NCBI GenBank assembly: GCA_951406725.2
Contig: OX597831.1
Span: 78,120,001-78,184,000, forward strand
Source of the DNA: Octopus vulgaris
Taxonomy: Eukaryota
Length of the DNA stretch: 64,000 nucleotides
Direction of reading: 5' to 3'
The notes beneath the pieces are model-generated. The model was not told the DNA's origin, did not search any database, and saw only the letters and a list, made by a program, of their open reading frames with translations. Shown in pieces: positions 11,859-24,470 of the stretch. Every line of letters starts with the position of its first letter. The stretch's first letter is position 1. The translations under genes and the position numbers were made by a program.

Positions 11859-12677
11859 CCCTGGGGTAAGTACATCCTTAGCATTTTTGTATGGTTTATT
11901 GGATATTCACTTTCCCCTCTATGTTATCATAAAGGTTTTCGACATAACTCCTATCGTCTTGATGAATCATTGAGCACTCGAACTCAATAAATCTCACGTT
12001 TATAGGAATGTAGATGTACCTTATAAGGTTTATGCATTAATATGTTTATTCATCGCGTTCAACAGTTTCTGGATATTAAATAGCTTGAAGCGTAATACAT
12101 TTTGCAATATCTCTCCCGGGACATATTTTCATTAAGTCAGGCGAAATATTTTCGTTTATCTTAATATATGTATACGGTCGTCAACAATCGCTAGAAAAGC
12201 TATTTCGCTCTAAAGGGACCTATTAGAATAGAATCGATAGGGTTTATCACAGAAGCATAAACAGAGAGCAGAAGACTAGAATGAGATTTAATTAGCAGAT
12301 TACACCCAATCAGTTTTTTTCAACGCACTCCTGTTTTTTCGCTCCATCTACCTACAAATGTTCACCCCGGGTGGGCGAATACATTCTTAGAGCTGTAAAA
12401 CAAATAAATATGCCTTAATATACAGCTGTTGAATGGACATAGATTTCTGAAAATATCAGGATGTTTCGGAGTACATGCTATATTCCAGATTTACTTTTAC
12501 TATTAATTTCACTCATAGCTATTTTGGTCATAACCTCCAGTACCTTAATTAACAATTGAGCACTCTCATAAAATAACAAATGATGACTTCAGAAAGTATC
12601 ATGTTTAGCCCATATGATTCGTTTGTCGAGTTACAAAATATCTATCTATTTAACACGTCTCCCTCTCTCTTTGAATA

Positions 12678-12745
<68 letters not shown>

Positions 12746-12767
12746 CATATACATATATATATATATA

Positions 12768-13007
12768 TCATGTGATCACGTGAACGACCAGGTAATCAAA
12801 TGCTATTACACATCGCTGGTCACAATGTGCTTCTGCATTGTTTTAACCTTCAAATGACGCCACCCCGCTGGTAAGGTGACCAGGCCAACATTCGCCCCTT
12901 GGTGCAACGAATTCGCAAGAACACAACACTTCTCCTCAGTAAATCGAACTCCCGATCGCTGGATCGTGAGTGCAACAGCGGAACCACTAGACCACGCAAC
13001 TTCACCT

Positions 13008-13008
<1 letters not shown>
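12768..13008 (-). mobile_element. tRNA-derived SINE (tail shared with 47128-47429)
   Basis: Minus head GGTCTAGTGG...GAGTTCGATT; shared GCGGGGTGGCGTCATT.GAAGG...TGTGACCAGCGATGTGTAA. Confidence 0.7.
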
Positions 13009-13073
<65 letters not shown>

Positions 13074-13080
<7 letters not shown>

Positions 13081-13524
13081 ACTAGCCACTGATTGCTGGC
13101 CTCCTCGTGGCCAGCAGCCGTTGTGGCAAGACACACTTTGTTGTCTCTCTGTAGCCCTAAGGCTTGTTTTCTAACGCCAGCTCAAAAATTTGCTCGTCCT
13201 GTCGAAAAGACGCTTGTCTGTGACGTCCTGTTTTTGTTGTTATTATTATTATCATTATTGTTTTTACGTATTTTTGTATTCTTATTCGTGTAACATCGTC
13301 CGCTTTTCCGTCCTTGTTTTGTATACATTCGAGACTTTCTTCCAAGGAATCTAATGCGCTTGGCTTAGATGTTCCTTTGGGGCTGGTCAGGTCGGAGCAA
13401 TCTCAAGACTAATCAGCCGAAATTGCGAAGATGATCCGGTTCTTGACTGAAGATTGGAGGCTTCGAATGTCCCGTCCGTGTTTTTTGTATCGTCTCCTAA
13501 ATGTTTTGCGTTCTTGTCCCAGTT

Positions 13525-13527
<3 letters not shown>
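13074..13527 (+). mobile_element. family F1 element
   Basis: Homology to 9778-10255; (TA)n on both sides. Confidence 0.8.
13397..13462 (+). ncRNA. non-circularly permuted hammerhead candidate (F1)
   Basis: GCAAT(13397)-C(13402)-TCAAGA; AGCC-GAA-ATTGC (13415-13426); TCTTGA-CTGAAGA (13441-13453)-ttgga-GGCT. Confidence 0.72.
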
Positions 13528-13590
<63 letters not shown>

Positions 13591-13619
13591 ATCTCTTGTG
13601 ATCAACATGTGATCTCTTG

Positions 13620-13818
13620 AGCACCACCAGCAAAAATATTTTTTCCTCTGTCTTCCCTTCTTGGGATCTTTCCTTCTCCTTGTTTCCGACGAAGAGCTCC
13701 GCTCGAAACGTTAAACCCTCCTTCCCTTCTTTCCTGAGCGTCAATAATACTTTAATTGTTCCACGTCCTCGCGTTGCTGTTTTTTCTCTTTTTTTCTGTG
13801 TTTTCTTGTTTGGATTAA

Positions 13819-13820
<2 letters not shown>
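13620..13820 (+). mobile_element. family F3 short element with minimal HHR-like motif at 13682-13716
   Basis: GTTT-CCGACGA-a-GAGC-tcc-GCTC-GAAACGTT-AAAC; homologues at 27553-27742 and 34525-34660. Confidence 0.65.
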
Positions 13821-13868
<48 letters not shown>

Positions 13869-14087
13869 GAGCAGAAGTGTGTACGTACGCCTCTATACGT
13901 ATATATGAATATTAAAAATGGAACAAAAATGAAACTTTCGGACAGGACAAACACCTGTTCTAATTGTCCTTTCCCTGTCCTTCTAATTGTTGTTTTTCCT
14001 GTACGCCTTTGTATCGTCTATCTGTTCGAACGTTTTACTGTCCTCTATTGAGATTTTGTTCCATTATATATATATATTTTTAAAAAT

Positions 14088-14766
14088 ATTTTTATTTTTA
14101 TCTAGTTTCAGCTCACAAGCTGTGGCCATGCTGGGGCACCGCCATTTGGTGTTGCTACATGATTTTACTTCACGAATGCTTTTTAGCAATTGCCATTTGG
14201 TGCATGAGAGAGTTCGATGCCCACATCTGCACCTCCTGCCGTGAAGTTGGTTCATCTGGGATACCTGACAAGAAGAGATCCAGTTTTATTTTAAAGACAT
14301 CTGCATCCACCCCATGCAGGTCTCTTAGGTTCTTCGGGAGGATATTGAAGAGTTGTGGGCCTCGGAAGCCCAGGCTATCACAGTATCTTCTCCTACATCT
14401 TGATGGGAAATTTGGAGTCCTTGGCACTATGCAGTGGCGCCCAGTTCTGGCATTTGTGTAACCCTCGATGCCAAAGTTTGGGACAAGTCCTTCTAGGATC
14501 TTCCAGATGTATATTATGGCATATCTTTCTCGCCTGCGCTCTAAGGAATAGAGTCTCAATCTCTTGAGTCCTTCCCAATAGCTTATATGCTGCACAGAGG
14601 CTATCTTCTTCGTGTAGCTTCGTTGGATCGCCTCAAGTTCTGTGATTAACTTGACACTGGATGGTGACCATAACTGAGAGCAATAGTCAAAGTGGCTTAG
14701 GACAAGTGTCCTTCAGAGGACCATCATGGTTTCCTGGTCTCTTGTTCTAAAGGTTATAAGAATCCT
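14088..14766 (-). mobile_element. CR1/L2-group LINE 3' fragment with 3' UTR
   Basis: LSHFDYCSQLWSP..ELEAIQRSYTKKI..SYWEGLKRLRLYSLERRRERY; tail GGCGGTGCCCCAGCATGGCCACAGC...CTGAAAC-(TAAAAA)n. Confidence 0.85.
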
Positions 14767-14778
14767 TATATATATATA

Positions 14779-14999
14779 AGGCAAGCTGGCAGAAACGTTA
14801 GCACGCCGGGCGAAATGCGTAGCGGTATTTCGTCTGTCTTTACGTTCTGAGTTAAAATTCCGCCAAGGTCGACTTTACCTTTCATCCTTTCGGGGTCGAT
14901 AAATTAAGTACCAGTTACGCACTGGAGTCGATGCAATCTGTCTGTCTTTGTCTGTCCTTGTTTGTTCCCTCTATGTGTAGCCCCTTATGGGCAATAAAG

Positions 15000-15003
<4 letters not shown>
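14779..15003 (+). mobile_element. SINE family A
   Basis: Near-full match to 101-330. Confidence 0.9.
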
Positions 15004-15067
<64 letters not shown>

Positions 15068-15068
<1 letters not shown>

Positions 15069-15222
15069 AGAGACTGTGTGGTAAGTAACTTATTTACCAG
15101 CCACATGGTTCCGGGTTCAATCCCATTGTGTGAAACCTTGGGGAAGTGTCTTCTACTATAGCCTCGGATCTATCAAAGCCTTGTGAGTGGATTTGTTTCA
15201 CGGAAACTGAAGGAAGCCCTTC

Positions 15223-15319
<97 letters not shown>

Positions 15320-15400
15320 TTGAACTCAGAACGTAGCGGCAGACGAAATACCGCTAAGCATTTGGCCCGGCGCGCTAACGTTTCTGCCAGCTCGCCGCCT
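15068..15400. mobile_element. SINE B 5' half (+, 15068-15225) and SINE A head (-, 15318-15400)
   Basis: Matches to the respective heads. Confidence 0.8.
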
Positions 15401-15479
15401 TTATTTTTATTTATTTATATATGTATATATATATATGTTTATTTATATATGTATATATATATATGTATATATATATATG

Positions 15480-15576
<97 letters not shown>

Positions 15577-16131
15577 ATGTGTGTGTGTGTGTGTGTAAGC
15601 AATGACGTCCTTACGGAAATGTGTTGATATAAAGGGTGATACAATATGGAGCTTTCAAAAGAACCAGTACAGCAGCTCCCTTACCTAATGACTCTAGTGT
15701 CTCTCCCTTCTCTCTCAATCTCTCTCACTCTCACTCTGTTCGTCTCTCTCTTATTCTGCTTGTGCCTCTCTTCCTTTCTCTATTTCTCTCTCTACCTTTC
15801 ATTCTATTTCCCAACCTGCTGTATGAGTATGTGTGTATGTGTTTACGTCAGTGTATATGCGCATGTGCATATATGCATGTATATGTGTGTCTGTGTGTGT
15901 ATAAATATATATTGACATGCATATATATGTATATATATATAAACGTATATACTAAGTAATTAAGGGTTTAGCAACGATTTGCCTCACCACACACCGAGTT
16001 TAGAAATAGCAGTCAAAGAGTTATAGCTATTCTTTCTACTAAAAAGGGAGATCTCAGTAAAACCACAGCACTTAGTAGGCAAACGCAGGCAAGAGAGAAA
16101 GAAATGACGACAATCATACAATATTAAGTCA

Positions 16132-16222
16132 CCTACGGACGTACGTTTCGAAATTAAGTTTTAGGAAAGCATAAGAATTAGATAATTATGTCTTACCCAG
16201 CTTTTTTTCTCATCAGCGTAGG
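16132..16222 (-). ncRNA. type I hammerhead ribozyme with long stem II
   Basis: Minus: CCTACG-CTGATGA-GAAA...TTTC-GAAAC-gtac-GTC-CGTAGG; perfect stem I, palindromic ACGTACGT stem III, GUC site; lies in a PLE-like element of about 15950-16420. Confidence 0.88.
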
Positions 16223-16525
16223 ACACTACAATTATGAATAATTGTATATTAAATTTGGAGGTACTAGAAGACATCACCTCAACTCCTAGTATCAGAGCGA
16301 GCCAAAGCCGTTACCAGTATCACCAAATTCAAAGTGTGAATGAAAGTTTGTGTCACCAACCCTCTCCCACCATTATTTTATTCTGTTGGCTTTGGATGTT
16401 CCTATTTAAGTAGTTAATAAATAATATGAATTGGCATTTTCTGTAAGTCGATGATTGAAAGGAAACTGTTCCTCCATTTTCTTATTTGTATATATACATA
16501 CATATATCTTTATATGTACAAATCC

Positions 16526-16556
<31 letters not shown>

Positions 16557-16864
16557 CATACATACATACATACATAAATATGTATGTGTGCATGTATGTA
16601 TGTGCGTGTGTGCATGCATGGATGCATGTTTGTATGCATGCATGTATATATGCATAAATGTTGGTATGTATGTATGCATGCATGTAAGCATGTATATATT
16701 CGCCCTTCTGTTTTTAGTTCCTGTAGTATATATAGGCCTAATGCTAGGTCGCGGCTGGAGTGGCGACCATACCTATAGAACTAGCCCGTGTGTCTACGCA
16801 CGGGTGCAGTAGGGGTGGGGGCAACATGCATGAAAATGCACTTGTTGAACTGCAACTATTTTTG

Positions 16865-17703
16865 TGTAGTCGCAGGTGTTGTGGGTGGTGATGGTGGAGG
16901 TGGCAGTGGTGGAGATGGTGGTGGCACTGGTGGTGGTGGTGGTGGTAGTGGTGGTGGTAATAATAACAGTGGCAGTTGCGGTAGTAATTCCTGTCGATAC
17001 GGTGCCGGTGGTGTTGGCGGCGGTAGTAATTGTTGTTGTGATCGCGGTGATAGGTGTGATGGTGGCGGTGGGGGTAGTGACACAAGGGGTGGTAGTGGCA
17101 GTGGTAATAGTGGTAGCAGTGATAGTGGCAGTTTTTCTTATTGTTGTTGTGGTAGTAGTATTGGTGATGATAATGGTGGTAGTCGTGGTGGTAACAATGA
17201 TGGTAGTATCAGTGGTGGAGGCCGTGGTGGTAGTAATTACGAATGGTGTTTGTTGTTGTTGTCGTGATGACGTGGCAGCGGCGGCGGCGGCGGTGGTAGG
17301 GACGATGGTGTTGTTGTTGTTGTTGTTCTTGCAAAACTGCACTTGTTGATTTCTATAATTGTTGTTTTTCTCATTCTTCTATGCATTTGTCACTCGTTGC
17401 AGCTGCTGCAGCTGTTGTTCTTGTTGCAGCTGTAGTTATTGTTGCTGTTCTTACTGCTGCTGTTGCTTCATTTGGTCATGCTGTACTTGCTGCTACGGTG
17501 GTTGTTGTTGCTTCATTTGGTTCTGTTGCGATGGTGGTGGTGGTGGTGGTGGTGGTGGTGTTGGCGGATGTCGTCTTTGTGGTTGTAGTGGTTGTAATGG
17601 AGGCGTAGGTGGTGGTGGTGGTGGCGGTAGTGTTTGTGGTGGTGGATGGTGGTGGTGGTGGTGGTGGTGGTGTTCTTGGTGATAATGTTTATAGTGTTGG
17701 TTT

Positions 17704-17750
<47 letters not shown>

Positions 17751-17875
17751 CTAGTAGTCGTTATGATGTATATGTAGGAAAGATGTGGAGTTAGTTGCAA
17801 TGATTGCAGTGGTGAAGTTAGTGGTTGCAGAGGTGGTGTTGGTAGTGGTACTGTTTGTTATAGTTGTAATAGTAA
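16865..17875. repeat. degenerate trinucleotide mosaic (GGT/GTA/GTT/GCT)
   Basis: Low-complexity sequence; overlapping ORFs in many frames are a by-product. Confidence 0.85.
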
Positions 17876-18509
17876 CAAGGCGTAACTTTATGATTAGGCT
17901 ATTCGGCTTACGATTGTAAGGTCGTTAATTCTAATTAATTTCTGAATAATGTCAATATAAGCTTATATTTAGAGCAGCTAGTCTCAACTGCAGCTGCCGG
18001 GGCCGCGGCTGAAGCCCCTGCATCCTTCCGGCGGCCCCTAACAGTTTCCCTATGTAAATATGTTTTGTTTTATTGACTTGTGTTTTACGTTTTTCGGTGT
18101 TGAGCTTCAAAAAATCCAGGATCTGCATTTGGGCCGGTTATTAAAACAAAATACCGTGTCCCTACAAGTTATTAAAAATACAGAGAAGCCACTTATCTTC
18201 CATCTAGGGTAAATAACTCATTCTGTTTTCTTGGTTACCCTAAATGCCCTCATTAGCATTACATGGGCTATATCGTCTTTCTAGACTTCACATCTGGGAG
18301 AATTTTCAGTATTTCGTTACCGTTATTCACGTGGCCCTTAGTTGAAATTTCTCAACTTAATCTCTCACAATCTGAGAGAAATGAATCTATGTCTTCCATC
18401 CTTGTTTGTGCTTTCATATTATCTTGTGTTACATATTCCATTTCCCCAAGAGTTCTTCATTTGAATAGTTGTTTTTTGCTACTGTTATTGTTGTTGTTGT
18501 TGGAGTCAT

Positions 18510-18770
18510 GATGGTTAGTCCAAATTATCTGGAAGGAGCATAGGGCTCGTCTCCCGGTTTCCCAATTTCCCAGTTTCACTGGCATATATATATATATATA
18601 TAATATTTTCCACCCTGGACGGGACGTTGATCCTTCGCAGGGTTACTAATTTTTTCCAACTGAATGAACTGGAGTAACGTGAAATGAAGTGTTTTAGTCC
18701 AGGAATCGAAACCACAGTCTTACGACCCTGAGTCCATCACGCCTAACCACTAAGCCATGCGGCTCCGCCT
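18510..18770 (-). mobile_element. tRNA-derived SINE (distinct body)
   Basis: Minus head GCATGGCTTAGTGGTTAGG...GGTTTCGATTCC; body AACCCTGCGAAGGATCAACGTCCCGTCCAGGGTGG. Confidence 0.65.
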
Positions 18771-19089
18771 ACGGAGATCTTTATTAATTATTTTATTATT
18801 GCAGTGATGATGTTTTCCTCGTTGTTGTTTACATTTTGGTTGTAGTTTTTGTTGTTGTTGTTGCATTTGTGGTTTCAGTCACAGTTTGTGTGACTTAAGT
18901 CAGTCCTGATCCAGCGGACCAATAATCAAAAGTACTCCATTCGTAGCTATTCTCTTTTTTAGGAGGATATAGGGACACATTATGTAATATGGATTGAAAA
19001 AAATCAGTAGCTATTTCTAGCAGAAATAAACTCCATTGTTGAATTGCATTCCTATTATTACTGTTGCAGCTGTTGCTGTTGCTGTTGCA

Positions 19090-19420
19090 TTAGTGGGAGA
19101 AGTCCGAAACGTGATCCTTTGCTATTCGTAAGACCCGCAGAAGAAGAAACAGGTCAACCCCCGACACCGAGAGCATCGACGGATGGATGAATGCGCATCC
19201 AGGCTCAGCGGTTGCGTAGGAAGTCGGGGACAAGAAACAGGAAGAAAGAGTGAGAGAAAGTTGGAGCGAAAGAGTACAACAGGTCTCCCCCACCTCTGGA
19301 GCCTCGTGGAGCTTTAGATGTTTTCGCTCAATTAACACACAATGCCCAGTCTGGGAATCGAAACCACGATACTCCGACCGCGAGTCCGCTGCCCTAACCA
19401 CTGGGCCATTGCACCTCCAC
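19090..19420 (-). mobile_element. tRNA(Arg)-like SINE family C
   Basis: Minus head GGAGGTGCAATGGCCCAGTGGTTAGGGCAGCGGACTCGCGGTC...GGTTTCGATTCCC. Confidence 0.85.
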
Positions 19421-20129
19421 TGCTGCTGTTGTTGTTGTTGTTGTTGTTGTTGTTTTTGTTGTTGTTTTTGTTGTTGTTGTTTTTGTTGCTGTTGTTGTTG
19501 TTGTTCTTCTTCTTCTTCTTCTTCTTCGTCTTCTTCTTCATCATCATCATCATCATCATTTTCTTGATGTACTGTCGGTGATACATTGGAGAATAGTTGG
19601 AAGGTTCTTTCATAATAACCTATCCGACGATCTTCCCTTTATCAATAATTCTGGTCTCACATGGTGAGTCGATCTGTCTCACGCAGCTATTTCGCTTCTT
19701 TTCTGGCTGTACAAATTCTACAAACGTTCGTTCGCCCCTTCTGGTTGCGAAAGAAGAAGGAAGAGAGGGATTACAGAATGTATAGGTGTGTTTGTAGAGC
19801 CCTAACTTAAAGGACATTGTAGCAAGTCTAACTTTGTCTGTAGCGGCGGTATTCCTTCGGTACTATTGGGAACTTAGCTATTACTCCAACTGCTGCTGTT
19901 GTTATATCTGACACTGCAGGATTAATCTTAGCCAAAATCATTGAACTCGGTGTTTAGAAGAGATATAGATGGGCATGAATATGTCAATGAATTATTACAA
20001 ATTCCACGTCCTTATTTAATAGCAAGAAACAAGGTAAAAGCCTGCGGAACTGCAAAGAATACTCCTAAACTTCCCCAGTTGTGACACGACTAGCAGGAGT
20101 AGCGAAGAATTTTAACTACTACTACTAGC

Positions 20130-20257
<128 letters not shown>

Positions 20258-20291
20258 TAGTAGTGGTGGTAGTAGTAGTAGTAGTAGTAGA

Positions 20292-20324
<33 letters not shown>

Positions 20325-20325
20325 G

Positions 20326-20387
<62 letters not shown>

Positions 20388-20769
20388 TAAATCTCCCTCA
20401 AATCACAGAGTATTGGTTTTTGAAACGCTACGTTTGACATGGTCGTCCAGGAACTATGCTTGAAGAAATTTAATGAAAAGGGTTCGAGATGCAAAAGTCG
20501 GTGACCATATAGACATGTAGATAGACATAAGCAAATGTGTAGACACACACACGCACACAGAGTGGGAGAAACAAAGAAAAATAAGAGAGAGAGAGAGAGC
20601 AAGGGGTGTATATATGTATATAAATATATATGCGTATGCGTGAGTATGATATGGCTGTGTATGCATGCATACATGCCGCGCACGCGCGTGTGTGTGTGTG
20701 TGTTTGTATATATATTTTGTGTGTGCTTGCGCGAGTGTGTGTGTATGTCGATATGTATGGAAATATATA

Positions 20770-21048
20770 TAAGTTAGAAAAAGCGCCCCCCTTTATCAAT
20801 TCAAAATGAACAATTAAGTTACACCATCTAGAAAATTACATATATAATAGAAATATTAAAATTTATTAATAATTTTAAAACTTATTAGGCGCAGGAGCGG
20901 CCGTGTGGTAAGTAGCTTGTTTACCAACCACATGGTTCCGGGTTCAGTCCCTCTGCGTGACACCTTGGAAAAGTGTCTTCTACTATAGCCTCGGGCCGAC
21001 CAATGCCTTGTGAGTGGATTTGGTAGACGGAAACTGAAAGAAGCCCGT

Positions 21049-21097
<49 letters not shown>

Positions 21098-21550
21098 ATA
21101 TGTTTGTGTGTCTGTGTTTGTCCCCCTAGCATTGCTTGACAACCGATGCTGGTATGTTTATATCCCCGTTACTTAGCGGTTCGGCAAAAGAGACTGATAG
21201 AATAAGTACTGGGCTTATAAAAGAATAAGTCCCGGGGTCGAGTTGCTCGATTAAAGGCGGTACTTCAGCATGGCCGCAGTCAAATGACTGAAACAAGTAA
21301 AAGAGTAAAAGAGTAAAGAGTAAAGAAAGAGATTAATAATATTATTTTATTTTTAATATTTCTATTTTAATGTTTCTATTATATGTAATTTTCTAGATGG
21401 TGTAATTTAATTGTTCATTTTGAATTGATAAAGGGTGTTTTTTTTCTAATTTTTATATATATATTCTATTTTGTGAAATTTGATTTAGTATTTCTAAATT
21501 GAATTTTTTCCCTGTAAGTTAGGATTAATATTCCCTCAAATAATTATTAT

Positions 21551-21552
<2 letters not shown>
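20770..21552. mobile_element. inverted pair of PLE-like ends interrupted by a full SINE B (20887-21325, +)
   Basis: About 20772-20870 is the reverse complement of about 21350-21452; SINE B with (GTAAAAGA)n tail lies between them. Confidence 0.75.
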
Positions 21553-21618
<66 letters not shown>

Positions 21619-22599
21619 TTATATATATATACAAAGAGAGAGAAGAGAGAGAGAGAGCGAGAGAGAGAGAGAGCGAGAGAGAGAGAGGAGAGAGACAAAG
21701 ATCTGATAGATGAAAACGTAGGTAAGTGGGGATGCTGGGGTAAATATACAAACACCTTTTTATGAATTGCATAGGTATATCTATATATGTGTATATATAT
21801 GTGGGGGTGCGGGTGCGCGCACATATATAGACACACCCGCAATGTGCATGTACATATGTACGTCTATATCTATAAATACGAAATACACAAACACAAAAGG
21901 AGAGGGAAAGAAAGAGAAAGACAAAAGTTGAATGATAAACATGGAATGGGAAAACGGAGATGATTGGTCGATAGTTACGCATACATGCACAAGAACAATA
22001 CCCGCAAGCCAACATGTGCATACAAATGCACTAACTCACGCACACAACAAACATACACACAGTCACACACACACACACACACACAATATATACACAATAC
22101 ACACTCACACACACACCCAATGAAAGGCAAGGAAAAATATATTTTCAAAACTCTTTAGAAGGTACTTGTCATGTTCAATTGACACGGTTGTAAGAGAGGG
22201 TGGGGCTGTGAAGAGGTGAGACTGTGAGGTGGACGGTTGGGGGTGTACAGGGTGGTGTGGGGGTGGAGATGGGGTAGAGGACGGGTCAGTCTGGCTTTGA
22301 AGATTTGTACAAACAGGAAGTGGAAGACATTTGAGAACCTTACAAAATACCCCAACCTACAGCAGGTTTGACAGGAAAACTATAGATTATTGAAGCGCTA
22401 GTTGCTGTTGTTGCTGTTGTCGCAATTATTGTTCTTCTTGTTGTAACAAGGGGGTCAACTCTGTAGAACAGCCCATCATCTATTACAAATCTTAAAGTTC
22501 CCCCCGGAATCTTACAAAGACCTTTCTAGCATGGCGAAGAAACCCGCCTCTTTATATTTCCCTCTTTAGTCAGACTCTACCCATGCTGGTATATTGACT

Positions 22600-22768
22600 T
22601 GAAGAATTGTTAGGGGAACGAATCGTCCCCAGTATGTCTTGAGTTTTAGGTCTGGTACTTGTATTCTATCTGATACCCTTTGCCGAACCGCTAAGTTACG
22701 GGGGCTGTAAGCAAATCTACACTGGTTGTCAAAGAATGGTGGGAAACAAGCAAATACAAAGACACACA

Positions 22769-22854
<86 letters not shown>

Positions 22855-23240
22855 TGCATGAGTGGCTGTGTGGTAAGAAGGTTGCTTCCCAACCACATGG
22901 TTCCGGGTTCAATCCTACTGGCTGGCATCTTCTACGATAGCTAGGGTTGACCAAAGCCTTGTGAGTGGATTTGGTAGACGAAACTGAAAGAAGCCCGTCG
23001 TATGTGTGTGTGTGTGTGCATGTTTGTATGTAAGTATGTATGTATGTATGTATGTATGTATGTATGTATGTATGTATGTATGATGTGCGTGTATGTATTT
23101 GTGTATCTGTGTTTGTCCCCCTACCATCGCTGTAGAACCGATGTTGGTGTGTTTATGTCGCCGTGGCCTAGCGGTTCGGCAATAGAGACCGATAGAATAA
23201 GTTTTAGGTTTGCAAAAAATAAGTACTTGGCTCGATTTGT
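22600..23240. mobile_element. two SINE B pieces: 3' part (-, 22600-22770) and near-full copy (+, 22859-23240)
   Basis: Match to 5437-5835. Confidence 0.8.
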
Positions 23241-23550
23241 TCTTCCAAAGCTGACACACCATTAAAGAAAGCGACAGGTTAATTGCCCACAGGTAACAGG
23301 ATAGTCAAATACCATACAAGGAAGATTTCCTGATTTATTAGAATTATTTCGGATTGCAGCAGATGAACCTCCATTACTAAATGGCAATTGAAGCTAGCTT
23401 CATTGGTGAAGAGGAGATAATCTGAAGAGTTAAAATTTCTCCATAGGTGAAATGCCCTTACGAGAACAGGTGAGGTTTATTGTCTGGAAATAAGACGTCA
23501 GTTTTATAGATAAGAGGACCGTAGTTTTACACTAAATAATATATAATCTA

Positions 23551-24010
23551 TGTAGCGGGGATTCGAACCTTAACCGCTAGATAATCTTAGGTCCCACGAG
23601 TGAGCCACCACAGTTTTACGTGTTTGATCGACAAAACAGCGTGAAGATGTGGCGTGATATGGCTTACTAGAATGTACTAAAATTTAACCCCTTGTCACCT
23701 CGTAAAAAAGGTTACAGTCTAATTCACCAAGCAGATAATCTCCGGCTCTCGAGCAGACAGCTTCGGACTTTTGCACAGACGACTATTTACTCAGACCCTT
23801 TCTGAACATTCACACGATGCCTCGTAACTAGCTTCTACGGGCAGCACGGTTTTTCTTTCTCCTTCCAGTCGGCAATTATATTATTAATATTTTTTCATTG
23901 TAAATTGCCAACACAAAGTATATCATGTCCGGCAATAAATATTAACGTGAAATGTTCATGAGTTTGCTCAAGTTATTATTCACGCAGCCCACAAATTCCA
24001 CATCGCTACA
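23551..24010. mobile_element. possible solo LTR
   Basis: TGTAGCG...CGCTACA inverted termini, 460 bp, AATAAA near 23934; no TSD seen. Confidence 0.35.
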
Positions 24011-24071
24011 GTACAACACCACCACAATGGCGGTAGAACTATCCATGGTGACTCAGACGTTTAAAATATAT

Positions 24072-24470
24072 ATTTCTTTACTTCACACAAGGGGCTAAAC
24101 ATAGAGGGGACAAACAAAGGCAGCCAAAGGGATTATACCAGTGCGAAACTGGTACTTTATTTATCGACCCCAAAAGGATGAAAGGCAAAGTCGACCTCGG
24201 CGGAATTTGAACTCAGAACGTAACAACAGACGAAATACCTATTTCTTTACTACCCTCAAGGGGCTAAACACAGAGAGGACAAACAAGGACAGACAAAAGG
24301 ATTAAGTTGATTACATCGACCCCAGTGCGAAACTGGTACTTTATTTATCGACCCTGAAAGGATGAAAGGCAAAGTCGACCTCGGCGGAATTTGAACTCAG
24401 AACGTAGCGGCAGTCGAAATACCGCTGAGTATTTCGCCCGGCGTGCTAACGTTTCTGCCAGCTCGCCACT
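24072..24470 (-). mobile_element. SINE A head-to-tail dimer
   Basis: Full copy 24470-24240 joined at AAAGAAATAG|GTATTTCGTC to a second copy lacking its first part. Confidence 0.85.

Noticed and set aside
16784-16812. CCCGTG...CACGGG hairpin as a Helitron 3' end
   Set aside because: No clean downstream CTAG and no identifiable 5' end
16788-17800. Gly/Cys/Thr/Val-rich ORFs resembling keratin-associated or mucin proteins
   Set aside because: Open in many frames on both strands because of degenerate trinucleotide repeats; no splice or domain evidence
19340-19420. tRNA-Arg gene
   Set aside because: SINE head without an acceptor-stem 3' half; continues into the SINE body
19560-19930. Unique-looking sequence with short ORFs (possible exon)
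   Set aside because: No motif support; cannot be assessed without RNA-seq or a homology search
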